A program made the translations under genes and the position numbers. 64,000 nt of DNA, taken from Asterias rubens. Taxonomy: Eukaryota. The notes beneath the pieces were generated by a model. The model searched no databases, was not told the DNA's origin, and saw only the letters and a program-made list of their open reading frames with translations. This document shows positions 1 through 14,200 of this stretch, one piece after another. The stretch covers positions 17,484,001-17,548,000 of the forward strand of contig NC_047072.1 of the NCBI RefSeq assembly GCF_902459465.1, read 5' to 3'. Each line of letters begins with the position of its first letter. The stretch's first letter is position 1.

Positions 1-1956
1 TTATGCAGTCTTGTGAACAAAGCGGAAATTCCAGCTTGAGTTCGTGGGAGGAGTGGCGGCTAATTCCCCCGTGGAAACGCTCTCGATTCACGCTTCCCAC
101 AAGAGCAGTGGCTGCTGACGATCCGTCAAAACGGAACTGGAAAATACCTCTCTCCAAATTCAAAGCAAATCACCCCGAGTATGAAATCTGACTGAATTGT
201 GATCTGTCATTATCACAATAATGCAAGTGAGATTTGAAGACCAAGGGCATTTGAGTAAACGGCTGTTTTGTGTTCCATTCAAGGTCGCCAGTCGCATAGC
301 TTTAACATTGGGTAGATTATTGTATTGAACATTTCCAACACAGTACAAAACAACTATTTGTATATGATTGTCGCTCGTAATTTTTCGGCAGTACATTTGT
401 GGTGGTACGTGCAGTGAAGATTAAGGTTAAAAAACGAAAATGGCTGCTTTTCAAAATCAATTTAAAATTTACTTTTACAGAATCAAGGAAATAAATTGGG
501 AAAATGACAATTAAATATGTTTGAAAAGAAGAAAAACTAGTCATACCAGTATAAAAACGCACAGTTCCTTCATTTTACAAAGGGGTTCCATTATCCAAAC
601 TCAACTCATATGGAGTATGCGCCACCGGTAGCCAACGCAGAGGGCTTCTAATTAACAATTAATTAGCCTTCGTTCAAACAGTTTGCTATTAATTGATGAA
701 ACAGCCGTTGACTTTCTGTCTAACGAAAAATTCGAGTTTTTTCATATGACGAAGCTGTTCCATTGTCCATAACAATGGGAAATTAAATTTTCACACCCAC
801 AACTACAAATATCTGGTAAAATTCCTTTCCCCAAAGGTAGTGAACCTCAAACCATAATTATCTATAATTCAACCAAATTCCAGAGGCAAGATTCAGACGA
901 CTGCACAAACAGCAAGGCATTCTTCTCGGTGTTATTGCTAGGGGACCGTGTCATACGCCCCCGACACGATGGGAGCCTCGGCTGCGTTTGACGGTTGACT
1001 GACCAGAGTGAAAGCCGCACCTCTCGTTTAACTTTTGGGTCAGACTGATTTTGTTCGTGAAAGTGACTCCTACAACCGGGGGTGAGACATGACTACAATC
1101 TGAGGGTGTGAATTTGTTGTTAGCAAACTGCTCTCATTTTTTCGGAGTAAAACTACAAAATATAAAGTAAAAGTTTCGATTAAAGGTGCACACTGCCTTC
1201 AAATCTATCAACCTTTTGCTGTTTGGATAAAACCCATGATCCTTTTTCAAGAGTTGGTAACGGTTTATTAAAGGGACATCGAACATAAACATGTACGCAA
1301 ACAATGCACCGTATCGCAACATTATTCACGTAATTCGAGACACGACCAAAACCTTGAATATTTAGGTTAATATTTACATGACTATTTGGGCCCCAAACCG
1401 TACGTGAACTATGTCCGAATATAACATTTGTTTATGTGCGATCTCCCTTTAAAGCTACCGTGAGAAACCGCTTTCTTCGTTGATTCAATTCAGACTAGTC
1501 TGCCTCCAAGGCATTAGTTGTGTTTTAATCGTTGCGACGCAGCTCGTAAGAGGGTGTAGTCTTGAAATACGGTTTTGAATGCAGAAGTAGCATAACTTTG
1601 TTTCGTGGTGGCAGGAGATCAGCACCCCCCCCCCATACGGCAGACTGTGTACAAACTACTTCTGATAGCGCCCTCTTGTATCCTCTTCCTTCATCCCTTG
1701 GCGACTTTCCAACATGGGAACAGAATCTCTGGGGAAATACCTGTGGTCCGGTGGCAGGAGACTCTGTCCCCAAGGTTCCGGGCGCCCCCCCCCCTTGTAC
1801 TGGGGGAGGGGAGGGGTTAAGATTCACTTGTCTTGAATATGATTTGAGTTCAGATGGAAATATCGCCCAGGGCCCAAGAGGGTACACTTTCATAAAGCTG
1901 TTTTTCAGAAAATGCTGCTCAATAAATTTCCGTTAAACATGAATGAGTAAACATCT

Positions 1957-2206
1957 GGGCCCAATTTCATGGCTCTGCTTACCGTAAGCAAAGAATCGGC
2001 GCTTACGGAAGCAGGGAATTCTGTGCTTACGGCAAACGTATTTCACGGGTTAGCGGCGAATTTTGGCTTCTGCGCGTGCGTACTTCACGTTACTAGGCTT
2101 TCTACGCTTACAAGGCTAGCGCAGAAATTCGGCGCTTGCACGTTAGCGGGGAATCACGATCGTAAGCGCAGAATTCGGCGGTAAGCAGAGCCATGAAGTT
2201 GGGCCC
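1957..2206. mobile_element. Harbinger/PHIS-like MITE (250 bp)
   Basis: 28-bp TIR GGGCCCAATTTCATGGCTCTGCTTACCG with 1 mismatch. A related inverted copy starts at 11991; related ATGAAATTGGGCC-type ends occur near 6385, 12602, 25605-25800 and 26250. Confidence 0.8.
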
Positions 2207-3524
2207 CCGTGGCAATATTACAAACCGTAAATGAAATGTGTGTTGGTGACCTGTTTCTTCTAAGCAAGATTGTCTTTGCTTAGCAAGGTTTTGTGCTAGG
2301 TTCTATGACATTGGGCTATTAAGAGCTTCAGCCCATTCCTCTGTTAACCTGTTGACCACGACACACCAAATAAACCAGCCTTATAGTAGTTTAATAGGAA
2401 ACACCATTAGTTTGAATTTTACTACTTTATTTGTTCCAAGCTCTTTATTGCATGAACGATTTTTAGCAAGATTCAGCTTTGAACCATTCAGGAAAAGTCA
2501 CCATTATGAACAATGACAACACATAAACATTTGGAATGAATGTACTCTTCAAATAGTCAACCATTCATTTAAAAAACAATTGTCAAAAACCAGTGTTCTC
2601 ACTTGGTGTATCCCAACATTAAGCATGAAATAACAAGCCTGTAAAAATGTGGACTCAATTGGTCGTCGAATTAGTTGCGAGAGAATAATTAAAGGAACAC
2701 GTTGCCTTGGATTGGTCGAGTTGGTCTTTGAAAAGCGTACGTAACCGTATAGAATGCATATGATTAGAAAGATATTTTAAAAGTAAAATATAATGATCCA
2801 CACAAGTATTACTCGAAATTGCGTGGTTTTCCTTTTACCTCGTCGACAAACACGGTTGGCCATTTATGGGAATCAAATGTTTGACTCCCATAAATGGCCG
2901 ACCGTGTTAGTTCGCAAAATAAAAGGAAAGCCACGCAATTTCGAGGCAAATGTGTGCAGATTATTGTATTCTACTTTTTAAACATCTTTTAAACCATATG
3001 TATTTTATAACAAGCGGTTACATACGCTTTTCAAAGACCAACTCGACCGATCCAAGGCAACGTGTTCCTTTATAGAAAACACCCTTGTCCTTTCAGATGA
3101 CTGAATTCGAGACCTCACCTGAGGTTTCGAACTCAGACTCAAATACTTTAGTGAGAAATTACTTCTTTGTCAAAAACTACATTAGTTCATAGAGAGCCGT
3201 TTCTCACAATATGTTATACTATCAACAGCTCTCCATTGCTCGTTACCAAGTAGGTTTTTATGGTAATATTAACAAATATTTTGAGTAATTACCAATAGTG
3301 TCCAGTGCCTTTGAAGATTATCTGTCCAGAAAATTAAGGACAATTTTGATGCACCATCCTTTTTTCCTTCCTTTTTTGTCTCACAAGTCAATGATGTTGG
3401 CAACCGAGGAGGAGGGTGAAGACAATAATTGTCATATTGGTGTTTCCGCAAACCTTTCCATATCGTCATTCCACCATGCAAAGTTTCAAATCCTACTTTA
3501 AAGGCAGCGGACACTACTGGTAAT

Positions 3525-3666
3525 GGGAGACTTTCCGGGACGATAGAGGGCAGCAGACTTACCGGGTAAATCCATTGTTCTCAGAATTATGCGCATGTTC
3601 AGAACTACGTAAACAATGGAAATTTACCCGGTATGTCTGCTGCCACCTAGCGTTGGAAAGTCTCCT
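3525..3666. mobile_element. Family C palindromic MITE (142 bp, AT-flanked); second copy at 49584-49725
   Basis: TIR GGAGACTTTCC; both copies flanked by AAT...ATT; the first copy interrupts the family A sequence GGTAATTACTC. Confidence 0.85.
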
Positions 3667-4315
3667 ATTACTCATAATAATTAATGTCATATAACCTTAC
3701 TTGGTAACGAGTAATGGGGAGAGATTGAAAGTACAAAACATTGTGATCATTGGCTCACTCTGAAGTGACGTTGTTTTCGAGGAACATTAATTTTCGACGA
3801 ATTTGATTTCGAGACCTCAGATTTAGATTTTGAGGTCTCGAAATCAAGCATCCGAAAGCACACAACTTTGTGTGACAAGGTTTTTTTTTTCTTTCATTGT
3901 TATCTCGCAACTTCGACGATCAATTGAGCTCAAATTTTCACATGTTTGTTTTTGTCTGCAAATGTTGAGATACACCAAATGAGAAGAGTGGTCTTTGACA
4001 ATTACCAATAGTGTCCAGTGTCTTTAATATTGTCATATTGTTTTTCTTTCACGTGACAAAAACGGAATATCTGACTTCTCGTTGGAGGGAACAAATAGGT
4101 TGGAATAAGAAGAAGAAAAAACGAGAAAAGAGGGGGGAAAAATGTTCGAATGTTACAACCACATTTACATTAAGCATTTTAGTAAAAAGTATAGAAAAGA
4201 AAAATAGCATAAGCCAGTTTATACCCTGTATAAATATCGGTTATATTATAAATGTAATTATTGCATGAACCTCTTCCAGGACTGTCTAATTGTCGTTGTT
4301 CCTCTTAAGATGTGT

Positions 4316-5299
<984 letters not shown>

Positions 5300-5921
5300 T
5301 TAAGACCAAAATAGATACAAAGTAGACCATATTAATATCCAGTGTTGTAAACTAAAATTTCCTCAAAGCTTAGTCTTTTCGAAACCACGACTTGGGCTGA
5401 GGCTTCGGCTAAGGCCCCGTCAGATAAGTACACTTTAAAAAGTTCGACGGTGCCTGAAAGGCTCTAGACACCTTTGGTAAATTGTCAAAGACCAGTACTC
5501 CCACTTGGTATATCCCAACAAATGCATAAAATAACATATCTGAGTTTGATCTCAATTGGTCATCGAAGTTGCAAAAGAATCATAACAGAAAAAACCACCC
5601 TTGTCGCACATGTTGTGTGCTTTCAGATGCCTGATTTCGGGACCTCAAAATCAAATTCTATGGTCTCGAAATCAAATTCAAAAATTTTAGTGAGAAATTA
5701 CTTCTTTCTCAAAAACTACGTTACTTCAGAGGGAGTCGTTTCTTACAATGGTTTGTACTATCAACAGCTATTACAAAGTAATATTTGTATGTCAATAATA
5801 TTTTGAGTATACCAATAGTGTTCAGTGCCTTTAATGCATGTTTCTTTACGGACTTGCGAGGTACAGTTTCACTTTTTAGACATTTTTTGTTTCCTTATTA
5901 GACATTTTTGCCAATAATAAT

Positions 5922-6149
5922 GGGTGCATTCAAATAGCTTCCCTGGGTCGACCCCGCGGTGCTCACTCGGGTGAGCCCCTCACAAGAGCTAAACGAACGA
6001 TCATTTGCCCTTTCGTAGTGACGTCATGCACCCCGGGCCAGCCCCTTGACCCGTTCCACAAGCAGGGCACTTGGGGCTGACCCGGGTGAGCCCCTGGAAT
6101 GTAACGTGGCAGACCGGGGTCGACCCGGGGAAGCTAATCGAAAGCACCC
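5922..6149. mobile_element. GC-rich palindromic MITE (GGGTGC...GCACCC); inverted second copy at 28667-28919
   Basis: TIR GGGTGC(A/G)TTC..TTAGCTTCCCTGGGTC; shared internal sequence. Confidence 0.8.
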
Positions 6150-7924
6150 AACGATACAGCTAAACTGAACCTGCTACATGAGAACATAGCCAGGAAACAA
6201 TATCATAGATCTGCTTAAGCAGAACATTTTGCTTAACACTTCATTCCTGCTTAGCAGAATTGAGCAGGATACCAGTCACAAATTGTTATTTTGGTACTTT
6301 GACTGATAACCTTAATCTGATAAGCATAATGTTTTGCTGTTTTTAGCTACTTTTTGTGCTTAAGCAGCTCTATGAAATTGGGCCTAGGGGTGGATGTCAC
6401 AAAGAGTTAAGACTAGTCTTATCTCGAGTCAGGACGAGTAACTCGTTCGCAATTATGACTTGCCTTAAGTTTTTTGTTAGTCTTAAGTTAAGGCTAGTCC
6501 TTACTCTTTGTGAAATCGACCCCTGATTTCTTCCTGTAACAAAAATAGCAATTATCACAACCTCGTTTCCAGGGTTGACCGATTTCGCCGCGCCATTTTC
6601 CTGGCTCGCCGCTCGCTTAAACTCCCTGGGTACGTTTTCGCGGCTGCAGCCAATAACTTGTTCGGTCATTAACAACCCGTGATGAACCAATCCATCTGAA
6701 ATCGTTATCCATTTACTGATGAAGACCACAAGCACGGCAGTCGAAACGTTGAGAATAAACAAAATGCTTCCTTTCGGAGATCAAAAACATTTTTTCCGAT
6801 TTTTTTCTTCATAAATTTATTGTCTTCACTGTCAATGAAAAGCCTCAATATTACACATACAAATTGTTCACTTTTAAAAACAAAGATATTTGATTTGAAA
6901 TATTCAGCCACAGTCAGCCTAAAGTTTGAGACTTTGTGGATAAATAAAAGCTTCGGAATACTAAACTGGGTAAATAGTTATCTCGATTTAAAATGCTCCT
7001 TTGTTATTTGAAACGAGGTGACTTGCTAATAGTTGTGCACACTTGAAAAGTAATAATTATCGTGAATATAAAGGGTATAGAAACAGTGTTGTATAATAAA
7101 CATATTCAGTGGTATTAACACACAGACTGTGCTTTTTTATTTTGAAAGGGGTGTGCGAGTGTAATCTACCACATAAACATTTTGTTCTTTTTCATTAAGA
7201 CGTTTCTTGCTAAGTTCTAGAGGCTTGAAGGGAATGTACTCTTTCACTATCACTTGTGTATCATCCCTTTATGAAGTGTTTCTAAAAACTAGAAATTGGA
7301 GGGAAAAAATGAACTCTCAAAAGCCAAATGTACCACCCCTGTTATGGTATGTTACTTAATAGTATAGAATTGGAATGAATGTGCTCTTGATCTTCTAATT
7401 ACTAAGGATGTACCATCTTGTTTTTATTCATTGCTTGTTAAAGAGTAATTCTAATAAATACAATATTCCCAAAACGAACGACGTGGCTTCACCTTGTGGT
7501 ATAATTCTTGTAAGCTTAAGGATTGGAATGAATGTACACTTCACACAACCATGCAACCATCTAAAAATAAGATAAGCTGATTCAGAAGCTTCAGAAAAAA
7601 AAGTATTTCTTTGAGATTGGTTATGAATGGTGTTTACAGTTTTCTCAAGACAACGTTGTTGGCGAACTCAGGAGTAGATCAAGCGAAGTCAATTGTCATA
7701 TTTTTTACTTCACAACAAAACCTTCCAGAATCTGACTCCTCGGTTCGAGCAAAAAGAAAAAAGATGTTAAAACAAGAATGTTACCATAACACATTTACAT
7801 TTAGAAATTAGTAAAAAATTATAGACAAGTACAAGAAACGCGAATCATTAGCCAGTTCATACCCTGTACAACTATAATAGCAGTTATATTGTACAAGCAG
7901 TGATTGCATGAAACTCTTCCAGGA

Positions 7925-8160
7925 CCGTCGAATTGTTGCTGTTGTTGTTGTTTGCTGTTGTATTTTGTTGTTGTTTGTTGTTGTTGTTGTTTGTTTTTTT
8001 GGTGTTTGTTTCTTGCTGCTTGTTGTTTGTTGTTTGTTGTTTGTTGTTTGTGGATTGTTGTTTTTGTTTTTTGTTTGTTGTTTGTTGTTGTTGCTGTTGC
8101 TGCTCTTGCTGCTGTTGTTGTTATTGATGTTGTTGTTTTTGTTGTTGTTGTTGCTTGATT
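7925..8160. repeat. Imperfect (TTG)n microsatellite, reading (CAA)n in the tubA-B 3'UTR
   Basis: About 235 nt of TTG/TTTG/CTG units starting 40 nt after the stop codon. Confidence 0.95.
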
Positions 8161-8199
8161 TCAAGGCTGTTTTGTTCGGTTAGATTCGGCTGTTGACTT

Positions 8200-9183
<984 letters not shown>

Positions 9184-9586
9184 CTATTAAGACCAAATAG
9201 ATACAAAGTACGCCAGATTAACATACAGTGTTGTACACTTTCACATTAATCTTTCCTCAAAGCTCAGCGGTTTCGATTCCAGGGATGACCTTAATACGCA
9301 AATGACGTCATTTGAAAAGGGTGCCCTCTGCTAGAGGTCAAAGGACGCGTACACGACGTGCGTTTTCCATTATTTCGTCATACTTTCTCAATTAAGATGG
9401 CGCCGTGATGATGTCAACCTTTTGCGAATGAGGTGCATGCTGGTCTAGCTAGCGATCAAACCTGATCGCTAGGTAGAACAGCACGCACCTCATTCCACTC
9501 ATAACGCGCGCGTACCGAGTATTTTCGGTGAGGTCAATGCATAAGTTCCATAACCTTAATTCTACAGAGTTTAAAACCAAACTTAC

Positions 9587-9735
9587 AAGTTTCCTAAGGC
9601 GATCCATTACTACATCAATCCACTCCTTGCCGACGGTGTAGTGACCTCTGGCGTAGTTGTTGGCGGCATCCTCTTTGCCTGTGATCAGCTGCTCAGGGTG
9701 GAAGAGCGAGCGGTAGGTTCCAGTTCGGACCTCGT
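9587..9735 (-). CDS. tuba: tubA-B exon 3 (149 nt)
   Basis: Acceptor TTTACAG|AC, donor CTT|GTAAGT. Encodes [50 protein letters not shown]. Confidence 0.96.
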
Positions 9736-10189
9736 CTGTAAATAAATTGTCAAACAAAATGTGTTAAAATTGTGTCGTTTTTTAATAAAAACCCTTTCCC
9801 GTCTTGAGTGTTAAAGGCACTGTGCCCGTTTGGTAATTGTCAAAGACCAGTATTCTCACTTGGTGTTTCCCAACATTAACAAACCTGTGAAAATTTGGGC
9901 TCTGTTGGATATATAAGTTGCAAGAGAATACTGAATGAAAAAAAAAACATTGTTGCACAACTTTCGTTTTTTATTATTTGAGCAAAACATGTACCTCTTT
10001 CTCAAAAAAACTACTTTTAATTATTTCAGAGGGAGCCGTTAAAAAAACAAATTCAACAGCTCTCCATTGCTTGTTACCAAGTAAGTTTGTATGCTAACAT
10101 TTATTTCGAGTAGTGTCCACTAGTAACTTTAAAGCTTTTAAGAGGCTAATCGAAGGGGAAAAAACTCGGAACAGCTATGTATTTTTTGA

Positions 10190-10390
10190 CAAAGGGATCC
10201 TTTTTGTTTGCAAGTCGCCAGGCACACAAGGCCCGAAGGCCACTTCAAGGTGTGGGCTAAAATCAACTATTTTGTCCAGGGGCCGTTGCCCCCTACTCCT
10301 GGGGTTGAAACAGGGTTACCCCCCACTGCATGCGGTTGAAGACTTGGGTACCATCTATCAGAAGCCTAGCTGGTAGAGCAGAAAGCACTA
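10190..10390 (-). mobile_element. Dispersed SINE-like repeat in tubA-B intron 2, related to the 80-bp satellite unit
   Basis: Shares CTGCTCTACCAGC.AGGC and GGGGTAACCCTGTTTCA.CCCCAGGAGTAGG with 41846-41940. Confidence 0.55.
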
Positions 10391-10425
10391 CCTCCAAAAT
10401 GACAACCAAAAAAAACAATCTACTA

Positions 10426-10650
<225 letters not shown>

Positions 10651-10765
10651 CTAGAAGAAAGTAAAGTTAGAAACAAACTTGTTCAAAAACATACGAAAAT
10701 GGTTTGAAAGAATGGAGTTGAAATTGTAACCTTCGTAGAATTATTCACTTGGTTTCACCCATGTA

Positions 10766-11031
10766 NNNNNNNNNNNNNNNNNNNNNNNNNNNNNNNNNNN
10801 NNNNNNNNNNNNNNNNNNNNNNNNNNNNNNNNNNNNNNNNNNNNNNNNNNNNNNNNNNNNNNNNNNNNNNNNNNNNNNNNNNNNNNNNNNNNNNNNNNNN
10901 NNNNNNNNNNNNNNNNNNNNNNNNNNNNNNNNNNNNNNNNNNNNNNNNNNNNNNNNNNNNNNNNNNNNNNNNNNNNNNNNNNNNNNNNNNNNNNNNNNNN
11001 NNNNNNNNNNNNNNNNNNNNNNNNNNNNNNN
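10766..11031. other. Assembly gap (266 N) in tubA-B intron 1
   Basis: Run of N. Confidence 1.
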
Positions 11032-11129
11032 CACATGTCCGTCACCCAGTGACGCTCCTGTCACTTTAACATACAGTATTTCTCTGTCAGATGTGGGACT
11101 ACGTTTGAGTTATGAGACCTAATTCTGAT

Positions 11130-11225
11130 AGCACCATGTAATGCTTCACGACGAGTGCACTTGGTTCTTTTACACGCGTTACATAACACATGGGACCAAC
11201 GGCTTAACGTCCCATCCGAAGGACA
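11130..11225 (-). mobile_element. Fragment resembling a conserved central domain of ancient metazoan SINEs
   Basis: TCCTTCGGATGGGACGTTAAGCCGTTGGTCCC...GCGTGTAAAAGAACC recognised from memory; family name uncertain. Confidence 0.45.
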
Positions 11226-14200
11226 ACTCGGGTGAGATTCAAAGAGTTGTATTGTTTTGAAAGCATTGGAGTTGACATTTAAACCTTCGTAGAATCACTC
11301 ACTTTGGTTTCACCCTTGGCACTGTATGCTCAGTCCTCGGATAAGATTCAAAGAATTGTAATATTTTTGTATACAAAATCACTCTACTTGTTGTTCGTGT
11401 CACGTACTATCAAAAGAAGCCGCCCACCTAATTATTCACCGTAATTGACTAATTGGTGAGCTAATTGGTGTGCCACTCCACGCACTAGCGATGCCTCTGT
11501 AGTATATCGTCGCTTATTACAGCTCCAGTCGTGCTGTAATGTATGCCAAAAATGAAATTATACACCAAAGGCTTCGTGTCATGTGTGGCCTTAATATAGC
11601 AAATTTACCACGGTTGAGTTAGCCTGAGGTTACAGGCACCATGTTTTGTAGACACTATATTGGTAATTACTCAAAATAATTGACGGCATACAAAATTACT
11701 TCGGTAACGAGTAATGGGGAGCTGTTGATATATTCTGAGAAACGGCTCCCTCTGAATGAAAAAAACGCAGTTTTTGAGAAAGAAGTAATTTCTCACTCAA
11801 CATTTCACATGGTAAAATACTTCAGCTAAAGCCTTTTTATAAGGTTTACGAAAGCACACAAATTTATAGAAACAATGGTATTTTTGTCATTCAATAATCG
11901 TTGGCAACTTCGATGACTTCAAATAAGACAAAGTTTTCACAGGTTTGTTATGTAATGCATGATGTTGGAATACACGAAGTGAGAATACTTGGCCCAATTT
12001 CATGACTCTGCTTACCGACGAATTCTGCGCTTACGATCACCATTCTCCGCTTACGTGCAAGCGCCGAATTTCTGCGCTAGCTGTGTAAGCGTAGAACACA
12101 GATGTAGAGTAACGCAAGCACAGAAGTCAAACTTCGCAGCTAACTCGTGAAATACGCTTGACGTAAGCTAAGCACGGAAATCCCTGTTTCCGTAACCTCC
12201 GATTCTTTGCTTACGGTAAGCAGAAAGCACAAAAATTTGCTTGGCATAAAATGTTTGCGTTGATGATTACCAACCAAATGTTCACGTGATTTTCAGGATA
12301 AGCAAACAACAGCTAAATACCATTAACAGGCTATAATAATAAAAAAAACAGGATAGAATAAAATAGAATAATGTTTTATTGTCACTTGTAAAAAAACAAA
12401 TATTAGTACAGTGAAATTCGTTTCGGTTTTGCGTGTCTAAAAATATTATGTTATATATACAAATACACTAAAAATTAACCATTTACAAAAATACATGGAA
12501 ATATGCAAAAATACATGGAAAAATGGTTGGTAAATATCAACAAAGGCAGAAATTTTATGCTAAGCAAACTTTGTGTGCTTAGTGGCTCTATGAAATTGGG
12601 CCCCGGTCTTTGACAATCACAAGAAGTGTCTATAGGCCTTTAATATACCAAAATGATCACAGTGGATCTAAAAAAAAAATGAAGGTTAACTTCGACCGTC
12701 TGGAACTAAATGGGAGGGGGTTGGTGGCTGAAGGGGGGGGGGGAGTAGAGCGTAATGAGCGTCTGGTCTAATGATGTGCATAAATTAATTAAATCTACAT
12801 GCAGTGTATATATTTACAACATCCATTACGCAGCAGCCTAGACAGAAGGTTTGCCTTTGTTCATATAACCTTTAGCCATAATTACTACACGCTTCATCGC
12901 TTATACAAATTATTACTATTGTAAAGAAATTTCTCTTTGTTTCGGTGTTCTGTGAGTAATTTGAAGTATACATGACACATGATTACAAAAACAAATGATG
13001 GTTATGCGTCATGCTATTGATAATAGTAAACATGTATATTAATAGTTCTCGATATTCGATCTAGGCCTAGAATTATGATATTTCTCAACTTCGTGGAAAT
13101 TTGAAACTGTTATTTTAGAAAACAGCAATTAGCAATAATGAATACGTAGGCGAGTTGTCTAATTTTAAGGTTTTCTTAAAAAAAAAAAAGGCCGGTCGCC
13201 GAAGTCATCTGTTTAAATATAAAAATCATAATATTACTTACTACGTTTCTCTTTGGCTGTTGTTTTTGTAGTTGTTTGTCTTGTTAGGATTTGAAACTTT
13301 GCATGGTGGACATACGATAGCTGTCTGCGGTAACACCATGTAAATCTCTAATTGAGTTGGCATGGGTGGTTCTGATAGGTTTCTACAGTTGAAACTAGCC
13401 CTGGTGGACTTACACTTTCGTATTATACTACAATATCTGCGTACAGAGGAAGAGTCCTATATAGGGCTACAGTTGAAACCAACGTTTCTTTTCAGAACCA
13501 CCCCAACTCATTTCGAGATGGTGTAATCGAAATCCTTGCTTTGTCGTTATTTTCTTGCTGATGTGGTAGCTGCCTCAAAATTGCTGTTGCCTCACTTATT
13601 TTGTGTTTTTACTTTTACACGTTTGCTAACATGGTCCCTTATTTTGGAATACCAAATTTGCGGACTCCACAAAATGGTGGATCGTAGTTACTTTACGAAT
13701 TAGCATGAGAACAATAACCTTTAGAGGAAACAACAATTTCGAGGCAATTTGTGTCTCGATCTTTACACTTCAGACAACCGGGGGGGGGGCTATGTCTGAA
13801 GACATCGATTTTGACAATCATGCGAAGGATAAAGCAAAAAGTCAATATCCTCACCTAGGATGATAACTATTTTTAACATTAGTACTCCCTGCGTGTTACC
13901 CTTAAATTAACTTGTGAATGCCTCCACAGAATGGAGGACCGTGTTAAAATTTACACCGTTGGTGTTGCTGTTGTTACATCTAAACACCAAGAGGGGTTCA
14001 AAATTAACACCATACGGTGTTAGTGTTTTGATATGACACCAGTCTAATTGTGTTGGCATACATAGTGTTTCATTATCAACAGCAAGTTAGTGTTTACGGT
14101 TATAGACTAGTAAGGAGTGATTACCAAGATCAACCATCCATTTAGAATAAATATTTAAAAGGGTACTAAATATTTATGTTGAGGCAGACATTTGAGAAGA

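Noticed and set aside
3-562. ORFs at the window start, and short ORFs at 46.5-46.9, 48.3, 56.0-56.4 and 58.7-59.0 kb
   Set aside because: No recognisable protein family and no consistent splice structure by eye.
7808-8183. Poly-N/Q/T and poly-L/V/C ORFs
   Set aside because: Translations of the (TTG)n microsatellite.
10741-11069. ORFs full of X
   Set aside because: They span the N gap.
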